From the NCBI GenBank assembly GCA_964619725.1, contig CAZUFC010000042.1:1-27500 (forward strand): a DNA stretch of 27,500 nt, read 5' to 3'. The notes below the pieces were generated by a model that searched no databases, was not told the DNA's origin, and was given only the letters and a program-made list of their open reading frames with translations. The position numbers and the translations under genes are program-made. This document shows, in pieces, positions 9,101 to 15,109 of this stretch (positions within the stretch are counted from its first letter, which is position 1; every line of letters begins with the position of its first letter). Origin of the DNA: an uncultured bacterium (lineage in GTDB: Bacteria; CSSED10-310; CAZUFC01).

Positions 9101-10568
9101 TACAATTTTTTATGTTTGCCGTCCCGCTGTTCACATAAACTCCATATCCGGAATTATAGGCTACCGTATTATGGAAAAAATCGACCGTCCCGCTTGTGAA
9201 ATAGGCCCCGTCATCCTGGTTCTCTACAACCATGCAGTTGACGATGTAAGCGTTACCGCTGTTGATGTATATTCCGCCGCCGTAAGAACCCTGGTCAGGC
9301 GTCGCAGACATGGTATTGTCCTGTACTAGAACACCGTCGATCTCCAATGAAGCATTCGCTCCATGCAGCGATATGCCCCCGCCGTAAGTATAGGCATAAT
9401 CATATGAACCCGAACCGTTGCCCTCCGCCGCACAATAATTCTCCGTTACGCGGCTGCCGGTTCCTATGCTGACCACTGAATAATCGGCGCAAAAAATGCC
9501 GCCTCCGTAAGTCCACGCATATCCCCTGCCGTTGGATGACGTATCCTCTCCATAACCGGATGCCGTGTTCGACTCTATCGTTTCATTCGTTAACGTTACA
9601 TCTGAATTCGCTCCGCAATATAACGCTCCTCCATAAGCATAACTGTAAGCCCGATACGATGAACTCGTATTCACCAGATTTGAATATGCCAAATTTCCGA
9701 TGAAGGTATTCCCCGATAAAACCGCTAAGCAACCCGCTCCGCAATATACGCCTCCCCCGTAAGCATACTTTTGTAAATTGCCGCCGTAACCCCCTGAATA
9801 GGTCGATCGGGCCTCGTTTCCGGAAAATAAATTGCCGGTAGCCGTTAAATTACCCAGATTGCTGACCGCTCCCCCGGCTGTATAATTCGAATCTCCCCCT
9901 GTTGAATGAGACAGGTTTCCTGTAATTTCGTTTCCTGTTATCTCAGCCGTGCTGCTTGCATCGATGCTTATACCTCCGCCGACCGCCGTTGCCGCCGTCG
10001 TCATGTTGCCCTCTATTACGTTCGACAAAATATCAACGTCCGAATTCACTACGCTGATTCCTCCGCCGCCTTGAACACCCGTACATGTATTCTCACTTAT
10101 TACGTTATTCTGGATCGTCGCCGTGCAATCAACGCACAACATTCCCCCTCCGGCCGCTCCCAAACCGCTTGTTATCCGGAAACCATCTATCAGAATATCA
10201 ACCGCCGTTTCTATCGTGAAAGGAATTCCTGAACCGCTTCCATCTATAATCGACTCATACGACTCCGGATCACGCACTCCGCCCTCGGACGGATATCCGC
10301 CCAACAAACTTAATCCACTCTGCAGTACAGACAATTGCTCTGTATATGTCCCCTCAGCGACATGCAATGTGTCAGACCCCGACGCCAAAACCAACGCCCC
10401 TGCTATCGTCCCCTTCGCTGATCCCCAACTCAGTCCGTCATTTCCGTCATTACCGTAAAGTGCATCCACATAGTAATCGCTCTGACCATGAGCAATTCCG
10501 AACGCCGCTGAAACCATAAACAATATCCCTAAAACTCCTATGGCCATAGGCTGATGTCGACGATCCAT
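117..10568 (-). CDS. Giant secreted multi-module right-handed parallel beta-helix (pectin-lyase-like fold) protein, ~3483 aa, with 5 tandem modules, Pro/Thr linkers, C-terminal dockerin-like and cohesin-like domains
   Basis: 3500-codon ORF. Start moved to ATG 10568 because AGGAGGAAAGGAT lies immediately upstream. N-terminal Sec signal peptide (RR..hydrophobic core..AHG/Q). Dozens of GG(G/A)(I/V/L)YC and I..N.(I/F)..N coil motifs. Five N-caps (DUF1565-like) and five 'DYHL...S.CID.G...D.DG..RP...D(M/I)GADE' C-caps (choice-of-anchor-Q-like). Confidence 0.93.
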   Translation of the reverse strand: MDRRHQPMAIGVLGILFMVSAAFGIAHGQSDYYVDALYGNDGNDGLSWGSAKGTIAGALVLASGSDTLHVAEGTYTEQLSVLQSGLSLLGGYPSEGGVRDPESYESIIDGSGSGIPFTIETAVDILIDGFRITSGLGAAGGGMLCVDCTATIQNNVISENTCTGVQGGGGISVVNSDVDILSNVIEGNMTTAATAVGGGISIDASSTAEITGNEITGNLSHSTGGDSNYTAGGAVSNLGNLTATGNLFSGNEARSTYSGGYGGNLQKYAYGGGVYCGAGCLAVLSGNTFIGNLAYSNLVNTSSSYRAYSYAYGGALYCGANSDVTLTNETIESNTASGYGEDTSSNGRGYAWTYGGGIFCADYSVVSIGTGSRVTENYCAAEGNGSGSYDYAYTYGGGISLHGANASLEIDGVLVQDNTMSATPDQGSYGGGIYINSGNAYIVNCMVVENQDDGAYFTSGTVDFFHNTVAYNSGYGVYVNSGTANIKNCILWGHADDLEGAGLTYSNIQEGVPGEGNLYPPCDPMFVGFGNYHLRVNSCCIDRGTVVDSPDHDFDGEARPFGSGPPDMGADEASAANPTATPYFTPSGTYTPVPTPSADYYVDGDFGDDANDGLSWATAKATIQEALDAAEGAGGGAVHAAISIYYENIVIPDNIRLLGGYAHGGGVRNPESFITIIDGYGMDSAVKISGVSNVFIEGFVIRNGHGGYGGGIYVSHASGVEITGNKIRENECASQPALPNLALGGGLYLHGHDILIHDNLITENLAYGADGYGGGIYCAGGGSIRITNNLLTYNTAQVAGGGIFINHPGAPLLIDDNAIQWNLVDGSHGSGGAIYVSNGSSATVHENLITDNRTYRVNTAGNESRGGGIYCAGELILTENEIRRNEAFSYYNTGYGGNLYQYAYGGALFCADGSSVNTTMNTIEENVAHSHAQNTSGSQRGYGYSYGGAIYCDGGSTLVISAQPLVNNTAYAYGEDTASSGRGYAYAYGGGIHLADNSDVTLGLGFTVIENKSNAEANGSSSYDYAYSYGGGISMEGVNVQTLIDRLIIRGNETNSIPNYVRQGGGLYVNGTPVEIINNFIVENIGDGVYLNNTTLIFQHNTVADNSVYGLYVNGGSPAVKNCILWNNGDDLHGVTATYCDILDADPGEGNLDPPCDPLFVGNGDYHLMSNSCCIDRGSPYEVPTHDCDGEVRPYSFTFPDIGADETASSNPTPTPYATPSGTITPVPTPSNDYYVDGQTGDDANDGLSWATARKSINGAMQLAEASGGGNVHVVMWTYYERVICPNNVRVYGGYSHDDGIRNPTAYPTIIDGDGARIGIMISGVEKVFVDGFIIRNCKGGYGGGIYVNDSAHIYITNNIIKENHVSDAGSKSVSLGAGLYLNGHDVNILDNLITKNFAEGGTGYGGGIYCADGGSIYISGNSITFNTAGSVGGGIALNSPSWKLFVENNLFDSNTARSQGGALFIESMSSADVFNNTFLSNSAAATNSAGAQVMGGAIHCDGDLTVTGNAFTGNDANAYYNTSYGAYLYEYAYGGAISCGDGATVLTYDNVYQGNSAYAYAENTSGSQRGYAYSYGGAIYCAGGSHIAITSETIEDNTSFAYGIDNASNGRGYGYAYGGGLVCDDNAVVDFGLNVVITNNKAQAQGSGSSSASYAYGGGMAVLGPGAAVEFDRMIIQSNIATASPSNIEVGGVYVNQTPVTIYNTFIVDHTGDGLYLNNSDATVINNTIAYNFDYGIRVNGGSPTVKNCILWGNLYDLSGVSATYSNIQSGDPGEGNLDPPCDPLFISRDDYHIHPYSCCVDRGTYYDIPDHDFDGDARPFGAARPDMGADETTGANPTPSPYITPAGTPTAGPSPTPGADFYVDGLAGDDANDGLTWSTARASINSAMELVEGAGGGVIHVTGHIYNESIICASNLVLLAGYPHGGGPRNPEGFPTIIDPEGIDTAVIISNVSNVEIDGFIIRNGHGGLGGGFHVSRARNILINDNKIRDNFCNSIPGGRNVAHGAGLYLEGADITVTNNEITDNVVEPSTGYGGGIYCGPGQRFTIAYNNIGYNTSHLAGGGIALISVGSTVDIHDNVIEENRAGNSQAKGGGIYIDSNSSAVVTFNTITENSSYCSNNADSNSMGGGIYTESELLVTENDFLGNEAYNYYNTGYGGYLYNYSYGGAIYCGPGSSVVSYDNNYRDNVSYCYTENTSSSQRGFANSYGGVFYCAAGGELTLSNETYIENTAYSYGIDNASSGRGYGYSYGGAVAAGDESTVHIGSGIVIVNNYADANGSGSGSYDYAYAYGAGLAFLGSNASVDVQRVEIKENYGLASPNSASVGGVYIDDAPVEFFNNFVVDNSGDGMYLNTTNAEVINNTIAYNTARGIYANGGSPVIKNCILWGHTDDLVGGTASYCDIENGDEGEGNMDPPCHPVFMGNGDYHLHPGSCCIDRGTSIDIPSIDFDGDTRPYNYIADIGADETQIMNPTPDPSITPNTPTPTGSPTPTPAAEFYVDKYLGDDTDDGLSWGTAKASIRGALDAASSGGLIHITRGTYYEHLPLHDGITLMGGYPVGGGARDPETYVTILRGTVGGSPIMITNAENIALTGLTITGGNEGNGGGFFCYGGRHIQVYDCIFAANEAGGDGNLARGGAVYIASSYDVWIHDCLFINNTVTGTNDALGGAMYIFDSGLINIEDNTFQENTSPHAGGAVYCTNVDASVVFSRNIFRDNMVSNSAGSYTVYGGAIYCDAAASPLISANTFEENSAYTTGQSSYPKGGAVYSEGGSVIVDNVFEFNEARSYYSSGYGAYLYEYAYGGAIYTGETSSLTLESNHFTGNKAYVYANNSSSSQRALGYSYGGAVYCGPNSTTTIDHCTVIDNTAYAFAGEPGSSGRAYAYSYGGGIYIDTGAAVVIHEQTAVRNNKAHSYADASYRDYGYSYGGGIYIYEGVSSVQLDRIMIDGNDSISEPDNTSVGDGLYFQDDDAISITNCFLTSNGGYGMYSATAGTNIEFIHNTVGGNGSYGIYVNAGSLDILNSVVWDNGDDLYGVSAEYSDIEDGDAGLGNISADPVFVGAGDYHITETSPCINTALTLAGPSLIEVDYDANDRPQEDDFDMGADEYAGLPEFNLTVLLDGYYAGGSQPATTVDLEFRSGSSPQTADTVMAVMEDVPIDSSGQTGDIDLVGIPGGDLYLVINHLNHLDVITSERISVNYLTKTTVNLADDTDGDYAACYGSDPQQEEPDGLYSLRGGNANGDGYVNAAGDFVVWLAANGSSQGGPGWDARADFNGDTVVNSSDYSVWLNQNGRITYVPEASTKNDLLGNFKSGRLELRYSEHSESDDAFYIVMELLCTTESIAELIAVDAAVVYDPIFLGMPELTADYLRHGTTDVSLGLEAPDWKNGYHYSRIALPDQSGVKLQPGENILLKLKFPVRLHMMHSLPEDHMPVGLAPGFSSVFFREEFKNDSIIDAEGSDWSEKKKAFKENLNSGKTHNGLSN
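690..866 (-). other. Dockerin-like domain (two EF-hand-like Ca2+ loops) within the giant protein
   Basis: RGGNANGDGYVNAAGDFVVWL ... ADFNGDTVVNSSDYSVWLNQNG matches the duplicated (G/A)D.NGDG.VN..D pattern. Confidence 0.75.
1250..10478 (-). repeat. Five diverged intragenic tandem modules (approx. 8852-10478, 6951-8774, 5070-6873, 3168-4985, 1251-3080), period ~1.9 kb for modules 2-5
   Basis: (D/E)(Y/F)YVD starts and D(M/I)GADE ends recur at these positions, with PTPTP-type linkers between them. Protein similarity is obvious but the DNA is well diverged. Confidence 0.9.
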
Positions 10569-10973
10569 ATCCTTTCCTCCTGTAAAAAAAATTCTTTGAA
10601 TTGGTTGGTTGCGATGCAAAAATGCATGTCCATAATTTAAAACGGATTTCAGTACAAAAAGTCAAAATTATTTAAAAAATTTTTTAACATCTTATAAACA
10701 TTTTTATTTCAATGGATTAAGCTCCTTTTTAGCCGGATACTCGGCGCCCTTCCCCCGAAAATTTCTAATATTTTACTGAAAAATTACACGGAAAAATCGA
10801 AAAAAATACTGATGATTATTTGTTATCATTCCGTGTAATGCCTTTAAAGACAGGCATCTTCATCAACATTCCCCGCAAAGTATCGCCTCCTGACAAAATC
10901 CTGCTTTTTTCTCCGATAATTTTTTTCTACCCATATTTTCCTTTTTCGGCGTTGATCAAAAATCAGGGCTAGT

Positions 10974-11177
10974 TAGTGTCTGTCCACAAACTCGAAGCCC
11001 GATTCAAAATTTAATGCTGGACAGCCACTTGGGTTTTTGATCCATAAACGAGCGAATTTTTCTTAAGATAAGGATGGTAAGGATTTGCGAGGCAGGGGCG
11101 GCGCTTATACTTTGACTGAGCAAATCCGAAGACTGACGCAGTATTGGGAAAAATTCGCCGTTTATGGACAAAAACTA
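10974..11177. mobile_element. MITE-like palindromic element(s), probably two adjacent members of one family
   Basis: Outer inverted repeats TAGTGTCTGTCCACAAAC (10974-10991) / GTTTATGGACAAAAACTA (11160-11177), 15/18 match. Inner IR 11041-11070 / 11142-11168 plus GGATTTGC/GCAAATCC. CTAGTTA occurs at both ends. No ORF. Confidence 0.65.
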
Positions 11178-11231
11178 GTTAAATTAAATCAGATTACTAC
11201 TTAAAAAAATGGACAACATTCATAACGTTTA

Positions 11232-11445
11232 TCGGGACTGATCAAACTGGGGTAACACTACTTTCAAAACTTTTTGACTTTTTATTTCAGTAATCGGTAT
11301 CGGGGTCGGGGTCGGTATCGGTATCGGGGTCGGAGCCGGGATCGGGATCGGGCTCGCAATCGCAATAAATAATTACGAACAGATATGTTTTGTCGGGACT
11401 GATCAAACCGGGGCAACACTACTTTCAAAACTTTTTGACTTTTTA
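11232..11445. repeat. Pair of 53-bp direct repeats (11232-11284, 11393-11445) bracketing a hexamer array
   Basis: TCGGGACTGATCAAACYGGGGYAACACTACTTTCAAAACTTTTTGACTTTTTA, 2 mismatches between copies; degenerate partial third copy at ~11447-11470. Confidence 0.9.
11292..11363. repeat. Degenerate hexamer array (NNTCGG)x12
   Basis: aatcgg tatcgg ggtcgg ggtcgg tatcgg tatcgg ggtcgg agccgg gatcgg gatcgg gctcgc aatcgc. Confidence 0.9.
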
Positions 11446-11493
11446 GAGATTGATCAAATGGGGGTACAATTTGGATCGATCCATAAATCTCTT

Positions 11494-11589
11494 AAGCTCC
11501 GAAGGAGCGCTGTACGAAAGCCCAGGGTTAAGCGAAGCGCAACCCTGGGGCAGACAAGAAAAAAATGAAAGCTCTGAAGGAGCGCAGTA
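11494..11589. repeat. REP/BIME-like element: two GCTCY-GAA-GGAGC hairpins in direct orientation around a central palindrome
   Basis: AAGCTCCGAAGGAGCGCTGTA (11494-11514) and AAGCTCTGAAGGAGCGCAGTA (11569-11589); central CCCAGGGTT-N11-AACCCTGGG (11521-11549). Confidence 0.7.
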
Positions 11590-11742
11590 AATTTCCGTTT
11601 CGGCGGCTTTAATAAAGTAACGGGAGGCATAGCTGTTCGGAAATAACCCGAGTCAATTCAGCACAAATTGTTACCTCGAAATGTGCGCTTTTGATCAATG
11701 CCCGTTTATCGTTATGGCGCCGCCCCTGTTTCCCCCGCGAGC

Positions 11743-11991
11743 CATCGGCATTAGGATAACGGGAACCAATCATTGTTTTTAAAGCAAAAAACGTTAAAAA
11801 TGTATTCGTTGTCGTGATCGTGATCGTTGTCGTTGTCGAATTTAAACTTGAAGCCCATTCAGGTAAAATTGGGTTTAAAAGTCATTGCGCACGTTACTCC
11901 GACAACGACAACCGCTACGCTGAGAACGACAACGATTCTTCAGCTAACATATTGATAAGTAATGACGTAAAGCTTATCCTGATACTTATTC
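11743..11991. mobile_element. ~249-bp MITE, copy 1
   Basis: Homologous end-to-end to 17680-17922. Near-terminal IR ATTAGGATAA / TTATCCTGAT. Flanked by the direct repeat CCCGCGAGC (11734-11742, 11992-12000). Internal TCGTTG / CGACAA complementary arrays. Confidence 0.85.
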
Positions 11992-12355
11992 CCCGCGAGC
12001 GGAAGGACTAAGATAATTGTGATATGGGATTATAAATAAAAACCAGATAAAGTCCCCCCCGCTGCGGGACCGTTGATTTAGTCGACAATGGAAGTTGTTC
12101 CACATCATAAATAATCATCTCCAGAATTCTTTTCTGATTGCACGGTTCCCAACGAGTTTCGATTGCGCTACCGGCCCCGATTACTGAAACAAACTGTCAT
12201 AAGTTGTGTAAGAAGCATAACACCGGTTTGATCAAACCCATTTTTTTTATGCGGCTTATTGACCTTTTTTTTCATTGATGTCCAATGTGCTTTTTGTTGT
12301 AATGGAAAAGGATTCGCGTCGATTTTAATCTCATTTTCACAGGAGGAAGCTTTAT

Positions 12356-12943
12356 ATGAAAGTAACGGGAATCAATGGAAGCGCGCGCAAGGGAGGCAAC
12401 ACAGGAATACTGATTAATTATGTTCTGGAGGAGTTGCGTAAAGAAGGGATCGAAACTGAATACATTGAGCTGGCGGGTGAAAAGCTGAGCGGTTGCATAG
12501 CGTGCTCAAAATGTTTTGAGAATCGGAATCGACGATGTGCTATAAAGGATGACGTCGTCAATGAATGCATAGAGAAAATGGTTGAATCTGACGGTATTAT
12601 TCTGGGATCGCCCACCTATTTTTCCGACCTGACCGCGGAAATGAAAGCTCTTATCGACCGGGCGGGAATGACGGCAAAAGCGAACGGAGATATGTTCAGA
12701 CGAAAGGCTGGTGCGGCTGTTGTTGCGGTACGAAGAGCCGGTGCAATACACGTATTCGATTCCATCAACCATTTTTTTCTCATCAGCCAGATGGTAGTCT
12801 CCGGCTCTGATTACTGGAACATAGGCATCGGCCTCAACAAAGGAGATGTCGAGCATGATAAGGAAGGCATTCAAACCATGTCGACGCTTGGCCGAAATAT
12901 GGCATGGCTGCTCAAAAAGCTGGCTCAGCAACAACCTGAATAA
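12356..12943 (+). CDS. Iron-sulfur flavoprotein (Isf)-type flavodoxin family / NADPH-dependent FMN reductase family protein
   Basis: GSARKGGNT FMN phosphate loop, compact CX2CX2CX7C motif (CIACSKCFENRNRRC), GSPTYF, MKALIDR; SD AGGAGG at 12341. Confidence 0.92.
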   Translation: MKVTGINGSARKGGNTGILINYVLEELRKEGIETEYIELAGEKLSGCIACSKCFENRNRRCAIKDDVVNECIEKMVESDGIILGSPTYFSDLTAEMKALIDRAGMTAKANGDMFRRKAGAAVVAVRRAGAIHVFDSINHFFLISQMVVSGSDYWNIGIGLNKGDVEHDKEGIQTMSTLGRNMAWLLKKLAQQQPE

Positions 12944-12979
12944 CCGGAGAAACGGCGTGTGCTGCCGCCCTGACCAGCA

Positions 12980-15109
12980 TTAATGACATCCGTAAACGAA
13001 AATGACCGTTATCGGGACATTATCAGCGACTTCCTGAGCCATAGAACCGAACAGCGCCTGCCGGATTTTACCCTGAGAACGTATGGCCATTGCTAATACA
13101 CTGAAATCTTCGGCTTCTTTTATGATTTGATGCGTCCGGGATTCCGCTGCAACAGCCCGGAACGTCACTTCACTTTCCATCGGTTTTTCAGTGCAGACCT
13201 GTTGGAGCTCCCTTTCGGCCGCCCGTAATTCTTCTTCCCCGCTTTCAGGCGGCATCAGCCTCAATAACGTTATGGTATGGGAACTGACCAATCCAAGAGA
13301 ACGCACGACAGGCCGCACAATATCCAGATCGCCTGTTTCAGCCAGGGGAACGAGTATTCTTCCTCCAGCCAGGGCTTCTTTAAATCGTGCAACGATGACC
13401 GGAACTTCTGCCTCTTCTACAACCCTGTTAATAAACTCTTCTGATTGTCTGGATTTTTCACTCTCCGGATATCCCAGAACAATAATCCTGGCCTCATGTT
13501 CAGAGGCATTACGAAGAATGCCTTCCGCAATCTCCTCCGCAAATTCGACCTCCGTATGCAATTTATAACCCATAATACGAGCTTCTTCTGTCGCTCTTGA
13601 AAATATTTCAGCGATCATTTCGTTGTCCACGGCCGCCCAGTAATTCTTCTCTTCCGGTTTAACCACATGGACCGCCATCGGACAGGCTCCATAATAATGC
13701 GCCGTCAAAGCGCCGAGACGTGTCAGAGCCCTGGAAGTATTGGTATGAGAAAGTGCGATCAAGGAATGCCCCCTGGTTCTTTCTGCAGGGGATAGGGGCT
13801 TCTGAGGCCATTCGGAAATGCCTACCGTGTTTTCCGAATCTTTGATTAATTTTGCTTCTTTGGGCAGGGTCGATTCCTGACCCCACTCCCGGTCTTCACC
13901 TTTCACTTCTCCCGATTTTACCAGGGCATAGCGAACCAGGGGCGCTCCAATCAGTTCATTGATCACTACGCTTGCCATAACAAGATTTATCACTAAAGCC
14001 TGTATCGGCGCCAGATTTGAATCCTGCTGGACCAGGTAAGCCAGTCCCACGGCTATTCCCGCCTGGGGAAAAAGGCTGAGTCCTACGGAGTGAGACAGCA
14101 GCTTCGATAGCCCTGCACGGTTTCCTCCGATACGGGCGCCGAAATATTTTCCCGCTCCGCGTGCCGCCACGAATATTATCCCCAGACTGCCGGCCGTCAA
14201 CAACTGATTCAAATGCAGCCCCGCTCCGGCGAGGGCAAAAAAAAGTCCGTAAATCGGCGGCTCAAAATCGTTTAAAGCTCTGAATGCCCGAACGTCCCGT
14301 CGATCTCGATTGACCACCGTAAAACCTGCCGCCACGCCCGCCAGAAGCGACGACAGCCCTAAAGCGCCGGCTAATCCGCCGACAAGCAGAACTGAAGCCA
14401 ATGAAATAACAAGAACATCGTCTCTTCCCGTTAGCCGATGAACAGCGAAATCGCAAGCAAAGCCGACGGCTACGCCTAACACAAGCGACATCAGTGATTG
14501 ACTAAACGGGAAAAGAAATTTTCCGATGCCTGAATCGAGTCCCGTACCCAGCAATTCATGAGCCAATGCGGTCATGATGCCGAATAAGATAACACTGAAA
14601 GCATTATTCACTACGATGTCCGACAACGCCAACCGGGAAACGGGTCCTCTGGCCCCCAACTCTTTTATTACGGCTACGGTTGAAGCCGGCGCCGTAGCGA
14701 CCGCAATTGCAGCACAGATTATACCGACCGCTGCCGCCTGCTCCAGACTGAACTCTTCAGAACCGGGAAACGTGAATAAAATCGCTGCGCTGACGGCAAA
14801 TCCACTGAAAACAAAGGTCGTTATTATCTCCGCTGCGCTTACTTTCATGAGCGCTTTGGCCGATGAACGCAATTCCCGAAGATCAAAACGTTCGCCTATG
14901 CTGAAAGCTACAAGCATCAGCGCTATGTGCGTAAAAACATCGAAACGGTTCTCAGTCGTTTCGCCGCTTATAATACCCAACCCGCTGGGACCCATTAATA
15001 TGCCGGCTATGATATAGCCGATGATCGAAGGCAGATGCAGTAATTTCGCTAACCGGGACAGAGCAAATCCCGCTGCCAGCAACGTCCCTACTATCAGAAT
15101 TATTTCCAT
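12980..15109 (-). CDS. Cation:proton antiporter (CPA2/Kef-type Na_H_Exchanger) fused to two universal-stress-protein-like domains
   Basis: ~400-aa multi-TM region with LP.IIGYIIAGILMGPSGL, AFSIG, ATAPA, FFALAGA.L, PQAGIAVGLA. Soluble C-terminal half with USP-like repeats (IIVLG...VPVIV; FGSMAQEVADNVPITVIFV). Confidence 0.88.
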   Translation of the reverse strand: MEIILIVGTLLAAGFALSRLAKLLHLPSIIGYIIAGILMGPSGLGIISGETTENRFDVFTHIALMLVAFSIGERFDLRELRSSAKALMKVSAAEIITTFVFSGFAVSAAILFTFPGSEEFSLEQAAAVGIICAAIAVATAPASTVAVIKELGARGPVSRLALSDIVVNNAFSVILFGIMTALAHELLGTGLDSGIGKFLFPFSQSLMSLVLGVAVGFACDFAVHRLTGRDDVLVISLASVLLVGGLAGALGLSSLLAGVAAGFTVVNRDRRDVRAFRALNDFEPPIYGLFFALAGAGLHLNQLLTAGSLGIIFVAARGAGKYFGARIGGNRAGLSKLLSHSVGLSLFPQAGIAVGLAYLVQQDSNLAPIQALVINLVMASVVINELIGAPLVRYALVKSGEVKGEDREWGQESTLPKEAKLIKDSENTVGISEWPQKPLSPAERTRGHSLIALSHTNTSRALTRLGALTAHYYGACPMAVHVVKPEEKNYWAAVDNEMIAEIFSRATEEARIMGYKLHTEVEFAEEIAEGILRNASEHEARIIVLGYPESEKSRQSEEFINRVVEEAEVPVIVARFKEALAGGRILVPLAETGDLDIVRPVVRSLGLVSSHTITLLRLMPPESGEEELRAAERELQQVCTEKPMESEVTFRAVAAESRTHQIIKEAEDFSVLAMAIRSQGKIRQALFGSMAQEVADNVPITVIFVYGCH

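Noticed and set aside
1250-10478. Diversity-generating retroelement or recent gene conversion among modules
   Set aside because: Modules are diverged throughout; no near-identical TR/VR pair with adenine-specific changes was seen and there is no reverse transcriptase.
135-10665. Many short ORFs overlapping the giant gene
   Set aside because: Antisense or out-of-frame shadows of a long coding region with no recognisable motifs. The same applies to the short ORFs overlapping genes from 12418 to 27006.
11814-12011. 65-aa ORF
   Set aside because: Lies almost wholly within the MITE; the low-complexity translation (VIVVVV, DNDN) simply reflects the hexamer arrays.
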